Source: Isurus oxyrinchus
Lineage: Eukaryota
Reading direction: 5' to 3'
NCBI GenBank assembly: GCA_026770705.1
Contig: JANJGN010000034.1
Location: 5,828,001-5,892,000, forward strand
DNA length: 64,000 nt
The notes under the pieces are model-generated. The model did no database searches. It had not been told where the DNA came from and saw only the letters and a list, made by a program, of their open reading frames with translations. Positions 43,501-58,500 of this stretch are shown here, piece by piece (the stretch's first letter is position 1; each line of letters begins with the position of its first letter). Position numbers and translations under genes: made by a program.

Positions 43501-46500
43501 TTTTCCTCATTTATTTCATTTATCATGTCAATATTTTAGGAAGTCACTTGCAGGGTGCTCTACAAACATCAGCAGGTGAAGGTTCGTGGGAAGCAGTTTG
43601 TAGGGTAGATGGAGAAATGTTGGTTCACCTTGTGGGAGAACGCAAAACTAGCACTTTATAAATGTCAGTATTGCATAATCAAAAATCAATCCAATATTTG
43701 CTACTTCTTATGCAAATATCATTTGAAATGCAAACGAATTGGCACATTTATGTAAAAATCATCGATCCATTTAAGACAACATTACATAAATGCATATGAG
43801 CTGAATGATTCTTTACATCGAATTAGTTTAAATAAAAGGTCGCTGATGTTTTTTTTTGGATAAGTAGCTAATCGTTTTTGTCTTGTAAATTCTAAGATAT
43901 ATAGTTTTGTGTCCTTGTGCAAAGATGTTGGAATGGTGTCAATACTTGATTCAAGCCTTCACGCCTACTGGATTATCTGATTGTCTTTGGCTGAGCTAGG
44001 ATGGACAGGGACACATAGTGAGCCAGGCGGGGAGTAAACACTTTTCAACATGAGATATTTGTACACTCCAGAATGAACATGCACCTGGCGCCCCAACTCT
44101 GAAGGTCAGCAAACAAGTCCTCTGGAAGATTGAACATCCAGATTCTCCAGATATGAAAACAAGGCTAGAATTAAAGGGAGAACTTTAATCCCCTCATAAT
44201 CTCTCACGTCCCAATGATGGTACTGGGAAAGGGTTTTCTGACCAAACCAGATCCACAATCCAAGAGGCGAGCTTCCAGATCATCATGTTTGACTCTTGCA
44301 GGCACCAGAGGCTTTACCATAAGCATGATAAAATAAGGTGTTAGATTCCAGTTCAGAAGTGTTAAGCATTCATTGCGTTTCAACTTTACCCGCTGCCAAA
44401 GCAGAAACGAGACGAGAACGTACCACGCAAACTAATAGCTCAGAGAATGATAGGTGATATCAACGATAACCGGTGGGTGGAGAAAGCCAATGAAATATAT
44501 CCGTACATGGACCAACATAACATGCACGGGTTTATCCAGTCCATCAACACCATCCATGGGTCTTACAGTAACCATCCCTCCCCTCGACCCGCAACGCCAC
44601 AGCCTCACAGTGCCGCTCTCAACATCCACGAGTGAAAGGCGACATTATACTTCTCAAGTTTGATGCAGCTATCAGGGAATTGTGGATGGACAGCAGTGGA
44701 ACCTTCCTATTCAGTACTCACCATCATCAGGAAAAAAACAATTACAGCTTGCCTTGAAGAGCTAAAGAGATGGAATCTTGGTATGTTTCCAGAACTCTTT
44801 GAGTCAGATGCAGCTATGCAACAGATGAAGAACTGTATGGCATGTGGATTGATAATATTGCTGTAGAGATCTATAAAGCTGGCCTTTAAAAATTCCCGTC
44901 GAACTTTCAAAATAAGTTAGAAGAATGTAGGAAGATGAGACAATGCCCCTGCAGTTCTGCAATTCCACTATTATACATCATTGAACACTTCCCTTGTGCG
45001 GACAACTGCTTCTCTCACATGGTGATTATTAAAGAGCAGATCCAAAGCAGCGTGGAATTCCAATAATGATAAAACACGCCTTTTACAATCGTGATTTCTT
45101 AAAAGGACAATTATTTTTGTCTACAAAGTTATTTTTTGTAATCAGCCTTCTATTTGGAATTGAGACTTGCTTCAGCGATCAAATGTGCCTCTGCGACCTG
45201 GAATGTTACATCTAGCTGTGTCGCCACAGCATGCTCAAAGTCAAGAGCAAGGAAGGGCAATCAAACCATCCTCAGCAAAGTCAATTCCTTCAGCATTGCA
45301 ACAGTGGGCACGCCAAATCCGTTGCTTTTGGGCATTTAGTATGGATCACAACGAATTGGCTTTCATTATTTATCCCCTATTCACAAATTAAAGATGACAC
45401 CGATCTCAATGAAGACAGGAAAGGAGAAATAGCAAAGAAAATGGATTTTGCCATACTCTGAAGTAGAAAAGGTAGCAAAGGGGGAGGCGGTTGCCTTGTT
45501 TATTGTCATTGGCCCCGTCGCTCAAGAGACCCTCTTAATGCTCCTGGACCCGGTTTTGAATTGTGATTTAAATTAAAAAAATACAATTATCAGAAAATGA
45601 TGACCATGAATCAGTCATTGATTGTCAAAAACTCCCATTTGGTTCACGCAAGTCCATTAAGGAAGCTAATCCGCCGTCCTTACCTGTTGTGGCCCATGTG
45701 ATTCCAGACCTAGAGCAATGTGGTGAACGTTAAAATGGCCTAGCAAACCATTCAGTTCTCAAAATTAGTGTTTGGCAATGAACGCAGGACGGAGCCAGCG
45801 ATGTCTCATCCCCTCAATGAAGTAAATAGATTGATGTCCGTGCTGTGGAGGTACATTGACATATACAATGCGATGTAGTGGCAGCTCACACAGCGATGCA
45901 TATTGAAATTGGTAATGTAAGCTCTGCCGTGGAAAGCAGAGAAAAGGTGAAGCAGAGAGAGAAGAACTCTGTCGTATGAACCGCTCTTCTGAAGGGTTGC
46001 TTTTGACAACATTGACAAAAGCCGTGTGGTTCCAGAGCCAGCCGGCTAAGTTACCAGAGGGCACAAAAATCAGTAAAACTGGGCATAAGTCATCTTCATT
46101 TCGAGGGAAGGTTTATGCATGGTACATTCTGAATCATTTGGGAGGCTCATATTTAGCGGTAAACTTGAATTGACAGTGCTAATTTATGCCTCGGTGTTAC
46201 ACAACAAATTTCTGACACCAGATAAATGGCAGGATAATAAAAGGAGCGTTGGATGCCTCATCCCATGTCATGACTCTTAAGCTGATGCAGTATTCCAAAA
46301 CTGCATGCTTTCTATTTTGCTAGGTGATTCTTCTGAACTGAGAAATCAATTATTTATATTGGTCATTTGAATCCAGAAAATGTTTCGTAACATTGGTATA
46401 GAGTGAAATGAATGTTCAATTATGAGCGAAGGTGTTTTTCTGATGGTCAGTTTGAAGTTGCAAGAAACATCTTGGTTTGAAGCGCACACTGCCAATGTTA

Positions 46501-49500
46501 TTTCTGCCAAGGCATTTGTGACATTCTGTAGTAACGGCAGAAAACACAGCCGTGTAATTGCTCAGCGATTAGGAAATTATGTATTTAATAGCAAACTACT
46601 ATGGCAACATATCTAGGCTGAAAGCAAGTTGCCAAGTAGAGCAGAATTAACTTAGGACGCAAACATCAGTGATCCTCCCGCTGAAAGAAACAAGCGTTTA
46701 TCATCAAGGCTCAATGACAGAGGGTTAATGACATGATGCAAATTGATTCAGCAAAGCACAATGCTGTCCAGACAAGGAATGTCAGATATCTTCATACAGT
46801 CATTCCAAGTGGCTTACAGTAATGTGGCCTTCAGATATTTCTTCCGACCAATTCATAGTAAGCATGCTTCTGGCCAAGATTAGTCTTGTCGCTAGAGACC
46901 GACTGTCTATGCACTTCATGAGGATGTTCAGACACTTATCGTGTGATATTGATTAACATGTATTTATGTACTTTATTTTCTCTCAAGAATTTGACGACTT
47001 TCAAAAAAAATGTAGTAAGTACTGCACCATCCAACAGTTAACCCGATATGGATTTTTTAAATGGGTAGATACAGTGATAAGACATTGGCAAGTTAGGTGA
47101 ATTCCAGGCGCGGCGTGAGGGAGACTCTTCTTCATGCAGGATCAGCAAAGTTAAAGACAATGATAACCTGGAAAGTCGACAGGTGGGGTGGTGGCATCAC
47201 TACTGGCTGGAGTCCAGACTATCACAAGAGGTGGACAGGTGGTGGCGTAGTGTTTTTGTCACTGAATTATTTGCTCATGGAAATGTTCTCCGCAACAGGG
47301 TTCCTATCACACCCTACAGATGGTGAAATATGAATAGAAAACATGGCCTTTGTAGTCTAATGATGATCTGTCTGGATTGTTGCTGTCCTTTAGGGGACAA
47401 ACTCTCCCATCCTCACCTGGCATTATCTCCATGTGATTCCTGTATTTTTGGCTATCAAAATGACCTAGCAATACATTCCATTCTCCGGGCAGTTAAAGAG
47501 GGGGAATGAATGCTGGCCTAGCCAGCGAAGCCACATTCCATGAACGAGTAATGATGTTTATCATTTTGGAGGGCAAATATCTTATATAAATGATTTCCGT
47601 CCGAAGTTCCTCAAAGCAATTTAGTGGGCAAAACTACCTTCAGCTGCTTTGTCAATGCTTTTCCTTCCAAGATAAGAACAGAAGTCAGTATGTTTCCTGG
47701 TAATTGTGAAGTGTTCAGGGCAATTTTCAGTTCCTCTGGAAATGAAGTAGCGTTTGCCAATATGCAACAAATCTTGGGCAACGTTCAGGCTTGGGCTGAT
47801 GATTAGCAGGGAATATTTGAGCCATAAAGCTGCCAGGAAATAATAATCTCTGATTTAAAAAAAAAAGCTAACGATAACCCCAAAATGAGTAACAGTGCTT
47901 CCATCTCTGAATCCCCCACAAATAAAACATGTGGATCACCAGAAATATCAGAATAATACCTGGAAAAGCCATTTAAGTGCTCAAGCTAAAATAGTTGATT
48001 AGAGACTGGAAGTGTCATGGCTGGGAATCGAGCAGTCACTCCATAAAGCCAATCTACCAATGACTTTATAAAAATTAGAAGTGTGCCTGAATTGTGCCAA
48101 GTAATTTAAGTGCATATAACTTTAACCACACTCGAAACTCTCCACAGCATCAAGGCAGAGTGATCTGCTAGAAATGCACAACATCTAGCACATTAAGCAT
48201 TTACACCATCTATCGAAAGCCTACAATGGCATCAGCAGTAACTATCGAAAAGATGCACTGCAGGCTCCTGACAAGCCTCTTCTAAGACACCGTCCATCCC
48301 TAGGAGAATAGGGTGACCAGATACACGTTGGAAATTTCATTGGAATTTCATTCATTGGAAATTTCCACTTCAAATCATGCCATATCCTTTTCTTTTTATA
48401 ATCATGGGATATTGCAGGGAAGGTGAGCATCTGTTCACCTTTGATAATTGGCCTTTAACTAGGAGTTTACAAGGATATCTCAGAAGGCAGTTAAGAGTTA
48501 CTCACATTTTGGTGGCTCTGGGTCTCTAGCCCAGGCCAGATATGGATACAGGTTTCCGTCCAAGCCAGCTCTTATGAACCACTTGAGTTTTATTTTAACA
48601 ACAATCGATGACAGTACTCACGGTGAACAATGCCAAGAATATTTTTTTTGTATCAGGCTTATCGGTTGATGGATTTTCAAACATCTGCCGTCGATGGATT
48701 TGTGCTGGAATCCCCAGAGCATTAGCATCCGCTTTCTACATTATTAATGCAGGGGCATTACCGCTACACCACCATCTCCAGTAGTATGCACATAATTGTC
48801 CATAGTTATGCATCAAAACATGGGACTTTAGTCCCATGCGTCCTTTAGTGCAAAGACTACCGGGAACAAGAGAATGGCCAAACAGAAGTTGAAGCTTGCA
48901 CGCAATTTCCTACAAATGTCAGCACAGCTGGACATCCGTGATGCCTCGACCTGCAACTTTGATGCTACGCCCGAGCTCCTACGATTTGTCATAGCAAACG
49001 GCCTGTGCCAAAATCTAAACCTTCCCATCAGTGCATGAATCGAACATTAATCAGTCTGGAAAACATACACTCACCTCTAAAACGCTCCAACTTCCGACAC
49101 CGCACCAAAGTTAAATTGTTGACTGCAAGAATCCCCGAGAAGGCAATCAAGGCAGATGACACGTCACTTTATGTTCCATTTGCGGCACTAGCTGCACTAA
49201 GGCAAATTTACACTTCCAGGTTCAATGTTAGTAAACGATGAATAAATACGTATTGAATGAGTTAATATTTGTGTATTTGAGAAGGGATGGATGTATGAAT
49301 CATTAGGTGGGAAGCGTTGGTGAAGTAGGTGGATAAGCAAATGTGTATGTAGGTTCATAATTGTACAGGTTGGCAGGCATTTGAGGTGCCAGCAGAGTAG
49401 ACCGGTGGATGTGTAGCGTAAAAGGTTGATGGTTTGGTGGAGTGGCAGGCCGGTGAAGTGGCAGGTCTGTATTGAGACGGCTGGGTGAGGTGATAGTTGG

Positions 49501-52500
49501 GCCTGGTGGCCTCAGTGGGTAAAGGACAGACTGGTAGATGTGTGACATGAGGCAGTTGGGTGGGTGAAAGAGTCTGTTGGTGAGCCAGGGCATGGTTGGA
49601 TCGCAAGTGAAGTTCAGGATGGCAAAGTTAAGGTCGGCTGGCGAGGTCCTGGTGTGGTGGGTGGTAGTCAGGTCTAGACAGAAGGTATTCGATGAATCAG
49701 CAGAGTAATCGGCTGGCCGGGAGGATTTGAGGCCTATTCTGTAGTAACGATCAGACAAAGATATTTTTTGTGTTTAAGATTTCCTGCGTAACTATTCTGT
49801 TAATTTAATCAGAACTGTGCGAAGTCTCTGAATCTAACCCAAAGTCGGATACATTGCGGAGTTGCAAGGGAAGAAGGTAAATTTTTCACTGAAAGTTCAG
49901 ATTTCCAGGTGAATTCCCATGAAGGCCAACACGTCACCATTTCCACGGGGTCCCGCCGCACTTTCAGGATTACACCTGGTGTTTCCAGCAAGCGGGAGAA
50001 CTGATTAATAAGGGTCAGTAAACTGGAAGGCATTTGGATGGTTTTGTACCTACATTTACACCAGAAAAGATGGTTATAGTCATTACTCATTTGCCGATTG
50101 TATGCTGGCCAGCATGTCGCAAAAATCTACGTCATCACAAATTTTTCCTGCTTTCAACGGCACATGCAAGGTTGTGCATTCCGTCCAGCTCTGTTTGCCA
50201 TAGTACTAAAGGCAAAACACTGCTGATTTTGGAGGTCTAAAGCAAAATTTTATTTTACAGATACGTCTAGGCCATGCACCAGTACTCATTCAAAGATCTG
50301 GTCCAGGATTTTAATGCATTAAAAATTGCAAAACTCTTCAGCTTGCAATGCCTCAAGGCTTCTGCAAAGGTTACGGAACTTCTATTGGCTGAACTCTTGC
50401 TTTCAGACGACTGACATCAATTTTTACAATAACTAAAGGACGTTCAGCTGCCTGTTGATCGTCTTGCCCTAGACACGGATAACTTTGGCCTGACAATTAA
50501 CCTGAAAAAGAAATCTTCTATTAACCCGCCATTGTACACATTTCTGAAACATCAGTCACCATCAACAACACACACCACCATTCAGAACAAGTGTTTTGTT
50601 ATCATAGGAGCATCCCCTCAAATGTCACGATACTGGGCGATGAGATTCAAGATCGCCTGTCAGACACAAGTTCAGCATTTGTTATGTTCCCTCAGAGACT
50701 TTGGACAGATCATGCAGTTTATCTCATGTGGATCCCTTGGCGGATTCATGCTAAACAAAGCCAGTGCTCTGCATCCAACTTAACAAGCGAAGCTTCAGGA
50801 CAAAGTTCCCAGCTCAAATTTTCATCCTGTGCTCGGATACTGATGTAATTTTCAATATGTGCAACCATTTATGCAAATCAAGTTCTGGTTTGATACCACA
50901 CAAGAAAGGACAACACTCTAGATTGTGAACGCTCTTATCTTTCATTTCAAACACAGAGCCAGGGAAGAGAAGTGATCATCCATCAATTCTATGAAATTGT
51001 AAACCTTATGGTCACCTATATTGTCAAGCAGAGGCATCAGTTGAAAAACTGAAATAGGTCTGCCAAATCTGCTTTGGGGATTTGCATTTGGAATGCAGCC
51101 ATACGATTCCATTGCACACAATAAGCTTCACGCCATACTACAGAACATAGCAAATGCCAGATGCAATCCAGTCAGAGCTCTGGAAGTTACTAAATCAACG
51201 TCACTGAAACTTCCTCTTTCTCATGGCGGTTTTCAATTTCGAAGTTTGAAGGTACCGTCTTGGACACCTCTTAAAAGTCACAAACCGCTCCTTTGCACCT
51301 ACCTTCCATCATAAACCGTCTACAGTACGGAGACATAATGTTAACGGCAGCTATTTCTTTAAGTTAGCTTAACTGGAATCTTTGCCTATATCCCAACATT
51401 CTCTGCGACACTTCTTTTCCAACTCTCTGTAGCTGACTACCTGACTGACAAACGGACTGACACTTGAAATGATCTGGGGAACCTGTCAAAACAGCAGAGT
51501 TGGGTGCCCACCTTGTTACTAGGCGGGATCCAAAAGAGGAGCATTGGATCATTGCAATGTTATATAAATGTGTTGTTGCATATATGAGAAAATGCAAGGC
51601 CAGTGAAAGGTAGTCAATAATTGCTGGCCTCGCCACCGACTCTCCCACTTCAAGAACTAATCCAAAACTAGGGAAATAAATACATTCAGTTGCGTGGCCT
51701 ATTGGTATGAAACCTCAGAATTATGCTTTCTTCCTTCCCTTGCAGAAAGAGAACTCACTGACAAAACTAAAGGTAAAATGTGTCATTCAACCTATTCTAT
51801 TTTACCATTAACTGAAAACTCTTTATCTGGTTTGCAATAAAATTAAATTAATTACATTCACGTCAGCGTTGATTACCAAGTAGCAGTCGAAAACCCGAAT
51901 AAGAGGGCCCGTGGCCCCTGTTCCCACATCAGCGACTTTTTTTTTCCAAACGCAGTAATGTTTTGGAAGAGCAGATCACTGTCAGATGTTTCACGTCTTG
52001 GATGAAAAAATGAGCAACGAGCAAATTTTGGCCTCCAATATTGTGAGAAATAATGTTACAATCTTCTAATAAATAGCAAATGTATAATTCACGGTGCTTT
52101 TGGAGCATCATCCTCCGCCAAACACCGTTATTGAAACTGATTGTCTTTTCCATATCTAATTTCTGTTCACCAGAGCGTGTCGGATACAACATAGTTGTTG
52201 CATTTCCAGCATGACAACAGCAATTACCCTTTAAATTAGAGCCAAACAGCTTTGGGATGTCCAGAGACTCTGATTGATGGTATATCAATGTTGGTTTTAA
52301 TTGCCAAAATTGTGAACACTAAGCATTGAAGTGGTTGCCTTTCAGCAAAAATTATATTTCATAACACGATATGCCCATAGCTAATATAATTGAAATAGGA
52401 ATGGCCAAATGTTTTCTTTCCATTTTTTTTCAGAATTAGAAAACTTGAAACAGAAAATGAAAGACTTAGGTGAGCAGAATATTAAGATAAAGCACTAAAT

Positions 52501-55500
52501 ATTGCAGAGCTTGTCAGTCATTAAGCACTTGACAGGAAGCTGGATTTCAAAAGCATGACAGGATCAAACACGGGCTTTCATGAAAGTCTTGAGCTGCAGC
52601 TGAATGGTAGGGAATTGGTAAGAGTCAAGTTAACGTCGGGCAGGAGTGAGATGCATCATGATTGAGATGTAATATTGGTGAGATGGAGGAATCGGTGCCA
52701 TTTGATGCATCAGTGATAGCGGTCTGTACCTGTTATGGCTGGTGTGCAACAGTTCGTTCATAGGTGACTTAATTGGAAGGAACACAATAATCATGTTGTT
52801 CCTCCAACAGACATCCCGTTATTGTTAGCTTATGCACATTTTTGTTTACGATTTCGCAAATATCTCACTGCCCTCCAATGGCACCACTTTTGGAGTAAAG
52901 CGGAAAAGCACACAACGTACCTTGCGGTGGTCCAGATCAATATTCATCCAGTAAGAAAATCATTACAAAGAGCCAATATCTCAATATGTCTGATTATAGT
53001 TCATGGGACGTTCTTCTACACAGATTGGTTGCTTTTCTTCCCTACCCTACAGAGCCGACAAACTTCACAAATGTAACCCATTGTTTGCAAGCCAAATTGG
53101 ACGGCCCTAATAGTGTGAACCGAAATGTAGAAATTCAAGTCTTACTTTCAACCTAATTGTTAACATATTTTAAACATATGAGATCCTGGGGTATCTGAAC
53201 ATGGTAGAATTGGAAAGGTGCCAGATTGTATAGGGGAATTATATCGAGTTACTAGGGATTAGCACCATATGTATGGTTTTATTGAATTCAGTAGACTACC
53301 AATAGCCTGGTTAATAATGGAAGAATTATTAACACTGTGACCGGGAGCGATTTTCAACTCCTTCATGTAGCACAAATTATCCACGTCAACGCAATCGTTT
53401 CCTAATACCATTTGAGAAAGTGGTAAAAGTGTTATTTTTTTAGACATCATTTTAGAATGTCATGCTCATAAAGTCCCAATGGCCCCAAACGCCTTTAAGT
53501 ATTTTATTCCAACTAATTTCATACGTTTTAATTTTTTATTTCCTCTTTAACAGAAGAGAAATATAAAGCGAAAGAGCAAGGTGAACATTTGCTGAGATGA
53601 AATAGTGAATGTTTTCCATGATGCAATTATTTCTTTGCTTCAATGTGCCAAGAGATTTACAACGCATCTTACATCAATCATCCACAGCAATAGCAGGTGC
53701 CTCATAGAACTAATGTATTCAGTATGGTACTTATAAGGCAGGTATTTTCTCTTGTTGTAAAACCAAAACGAGAGTGTCATGTATGTGATGATAGGACAGT
53801 TATAGATGAATCCAGTAGTTAATCCAACCAGTAAGTCTGGACATGGGTATTGACGACAATATGGACTAATAGATAACATTGTAGATTATGCGCTGGATAG
53901 CAAAGGTGAATTTAGAAGATGCTTAATATGTTCAACAAGTAGGATGGAACAGGAAATATTGCTGATGATGGAAGTTGATGCAGGGAAAGAGAATCCTTTT
54001 TGAAACATCGCCACTGATAACGTCAAATGAGGTCCAATGATGTACTTCCAATTCTGTCTACTTTATGGCCTAGTTTACCGTGAGAAATGTCACATTGGAT
54101 AGACTACATCTCTGTAACAAATCCCATCATGTGCTTATAATAGCATGGAGAAAGAAGTGAATTATATACTGGAATGACAATTGAATGACCCTCCTTTTAG
54201 ATCGTGGCGTAAGGTAAATTCGTTATTAGCACATTAGAAGAAACTAGAATTCGTGCAAAACTACAGAAATTAGGATTTTAGCATAGCAGTTGCATCTTTA
54301 TCAGCGAACCTGGGGGCGATTGAGAAACGAGACTTGCTCGCAGAGGCAGCAGGATTTTGGATGGCTAATATAACAAATATCGTAGGGAGTCATAAACAGA
54401 TAGCTGTGCATTGGAGCGGTCAAATCTAGAGATAATAATTTCATGGATGAGGGCTTCAGCATCGGAGGCCCTGAGATGCAGGTGAAGTAGAGGCTTGTGG
54501 AGTCACACCAAGGTCATGAAAAAACTGGCTTAATCATGGACTGCTGCCACAGAAAGCGATGTGTTGGTTAATTGGAGCAGAGAATTGCAAGGGAAACAAA
54601 ATCATAGGCTTCATTCTTCTCAATATATATCTAGGGGAAATTCCTGTTTAGCCAGTACTGGATTTGGAATCAGCAGTCTGATAATTTAGAGCAGTGGAGG
54701 ATTCGAGAGAGCTGGCAAATAATTAGATGTGTGTGCCATCAGTTTGCAAGTGAAAATTCATAGCGTGCCTTCATATGATTTGGCGAGGGGAGCAATTACT
54801 GTTTGTTGAGGGCAACAATGGGCACCGTGTTGGAGCAAGAAAATATGCCATTTGCCATTTATCTGCAGGCTATAATTACATAGATAAAAATTGAACCTTG
54901 TGAGAGTGGTTCAGTCCAGCTATAGGTCAGTGTCAAATTTTGGATTAAGGTGCTTGGTCAACCGTGTCAAATGTTTCAGACCGTTGGAGATGGGTGAGTG
55001 TTGAATGTTTACCTTAGCCACAGACGCCACAAATGGTGTGGCATTTGAAATAATGGTTGAAGTTGTTTCAGTATGGTAACAATGTGAAACCTGATTGTAT
55101 GGATTCGAACGTATTTCTTTCAAAAATGGGAAGTAACTTGGAAGCCGACAGCTCTTAATTGCTGTTTTTAGAAGAAAGAGCGTTTGCAGATGACATTGGT
55201 TGTTTACAATCGCGTTGGTCAATAATGTTTTGGGAGAGGGGTGAGGACAGTGGACTTAAAGCAGAAAGGGAGAATATATGAAGAGATAAACCCGTAAAAT
55301 CATGGTCAAACTTGCTGACAAGAAGGGCAGATGGTTGGCCTGCTAAGCACGGAGGGAAAACGATATGGCTGCCATACGTCAGGCAAGTGTGGAGAGCACA
55401 TGGACAGTGATTGGCGTGAAAGTAGAGAAACCTGCGAGTTTAAGGTTGGGGTAAGGAGTGGAATAGAGGGAAAGTTACCAAGGCAGACACGAAATAGAGA

Positions 55501-58500
55501 AATATGTAGCACAAGCAGCTGGCCATAGTGTTTTGAACTTAGTGACAAAGATATCAATCAGAGACTTGTAGTTTCTGTTGGGGGAGAGGGTGGAAGAGAC
55601 AGGGGGGAGGGATTTAAGTAGACTTAGAGGCAAGAGTTACAATAGAGGATGATCCAACAATTTTGAGCTGTGATGACTGCAATATCGATAAAGTCTAAGA
55701 GACCCTAAAAGTTCTAGAGTAGGCTCTTGCAGACTCACCTCATGTAACTTCATTTCTAAAGGGATATAACTGAAAAATCTGAAGTTGATGTCTCAGTTTA
55801 CGAGGAAGTGAGTCACTGCGGTAATGCCTGAAAAATGCATTATTTAGTCAAATGTAATATGAAGGTTCTCCAATTTAGTAAACAATGTGAAATCATCACA
55901 ATGGGAAAATTATCACTCATATACGCAAAGGGAAGAATTAATAATTTTCCCTTGAAAATTAAGTTACCATTTATTTTCTATTGAATTTGCAGAGCTAATG
56001 GATTGTCAAGATGTTCTGAAAAATTTCGGTGAATAAAGCACTTTAATTGCATAATTACATTTTCAGCTAATTAATTGTGGTAGAGTCAAACAATTCTTCA
56101 AGGAACATTCGAAATTTCCAAGTAAAATACAAACACCTAAGTGTGTTTCTTTTGAGATAGTGAATGTTTTGTTAGGATATCAGATGAGCAAGTCTTTTGG
56201 GCACCGTGTGGAAATGCCTCCGGCAGCTCCTTGCCACTACACTACAGCAAGTAATTAAGATAAAGGGGGGTTAACTTTTCGAGTCCATACAACTCTTCTT
56301 CACAGCTGGTTATGGAGTTAATGCAGGGAAGTAGATTTAAGGCACAACCAGATTTGTTATATTCTTCATGAATGGAGGGGAAGGTTAGAGGAGCAAAATG
56401 GCCTAATTCTGCTCTATTCTCATATATTCTTACATTGTTCAGGGGCGACATCATTATTTCTGCTTTGTTAAAAATGCACAGAGCCAAAGTCTGTACCAGC
56501 TCCATTGGATTGAGAATTATGAATCTTGAGTTGCAATCACAAGAATCTCAGAGTTTTACTCACTAATCCAGACTATTTAAAACAATGCTTCCTTTTGGAG
56601 AATAAAGCAAATTAAATGACGGTTAAAGACCTTAAAGTTTACTTTTGTTAGGATATGAACAACAGGAGCGAACAGTCAATGATCAGGAAAAGGAAGAGGG
56701 AGTTGTAAACTATGCTATGGGATGTCTGATACCGAATTGCAGATCACGTTTTTATGCTCATTGCCACTGCATTTACGATAACTTTTCTATTGCTGATATT
56801 TCCTTTCTGATTCACAGAAAATGTAAAGAAGGGTAAGTATACGTATCTTACAGAAAATGAACTTGCAAATACGTTGCTCTAAAAAATCATCTCTGGTGGA
56901 ATCAGCCCAATATCCCGTCGAGTATCTTGCCTGATGTTGAATATAGAGTTATTAAGTTTTTTGCACGTCCTACTGTGACATCCCCCCTCCCTATCTCTGT
57001 AACCTTCCACAGCTCAAAAATCTTTTTTAATCCACTTAATTTGCTTCCTTAATTTCCGATTTAGTACTTTCCCAGCCCCCACCTCTACACGTTTAAGACA
57101 TTCGCTAAAAACTGTGCCTCAGAGTGATTGGCTTGATATCTTTCATAGTATATCTCTACCTGTTTGTTGTGGTTTGTTACTGTTTCTTCCATACCGAAGT
57201 ATGTTTCTGCCTTCTTCATCGTTGTCTGTTTAGTAAAATATATTAACCTCTTCAGCCAAATCCAAAGAAGGCACATACCGCATGAAGGTCCCCAGGAGAC
57301 GTTGGAGTCGAGTGAACATGAGCCAGGATGTGACCTCTTCCAAAAGCGAAAATTTTTAAGAGAACCTGGAAGGCTGATAAAATATGCATCTGATGGACTT
57401 AAAGACTCATGCTCTTTCTCTCCGCCTTGCAGAGCTAAACACCTGCCAGGATACCGTAAAAGATTTAGGTGAGCCAATCAGTATTGATGCCTGCTGAATT
57501 TCCGGACCATTTGCTTACTCTTAAATGAAGCAAAGCTCCAAGTGTTTCTAAAGCACAATGGAGAAAGAACAATCCTGGAGCATTAATGCAGTTTTGTTTT
57601 AAAGATGGTGAACTTCAAAGCAATGACAGATTGTTCTGCATGGAGAGCTGAACTGCCAGTCAAAGTGTTTACGTGTAAAGCTCAGTCAGAATCTTGGCAA
57701 GTGTCTTTATGGATTGTTCAAAGTTCAGAATGATTCACATAAATCATATCATGGATAAAACATGGCCTGTGTTGTAGGAGCAGTTGCTGGCATTCACTTG
57801 ACAGACTGATGTTGAGTCACGTGTGTATTAAGATTCACTGACTACAATGGAATTAAATAGTTGGGTAAGGTACATAATCATCCCTCTCTATGGAATCGCA
57901 CATATTGCCTGGTTATCCAAAATTATATTTCATCGTGTAGAGCTTAGGTAATGTGAATGGTACCGAATCAGCACTCATCGTCACATTTCACAAATTTTAA
58001 ATGTTGTTGGATGCAAGGTTAAAAAAAAGACCTGGACATTTTTCACGGAAAGGGCGATAAAGAGAACAATTAAATGACCTTAGGAATTTGGCTTCATTTA
58101 CGTTACCTCCAAGCTCTGTGGTGTGCATTTGCCGTCGATTGTGCCACTGCGAGGTAAAGAGGAAATCTTCACTATTCAAACTCGTTTGTGCGATAAGAAA
58201 CGTAGCAAGTTGCGAGCTACCAATGAATAAATGGCTGTAGTCAACTTTCCAAGCGTTGTTCCATACAATTTTCAATGTGTGCCACGTGCTCAAGTAGAGG
58301 TATGTTTGACCTGCACTGTCGGCCACATGCAGAATAGTTTGGTATTCAGTGAAATCTTTCCACAGTAGGTCACGGATTCGTTCATTTTATTATTTATTCT
58401 TGATTTGTTTCACAGATCAATTAAAAAAAGGTCAGTGGAAATATGCTCTAGCACCTCACCATCTAAGTGCATGAAAATAAACACGAGGAAAGATGGATTG

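Noticed and set aside
47069-47096. Segment ending TTAG|gtgaat like an A exon
   Set aside because: 28 nt, with stops in the relevant frame and a poor acceptor.
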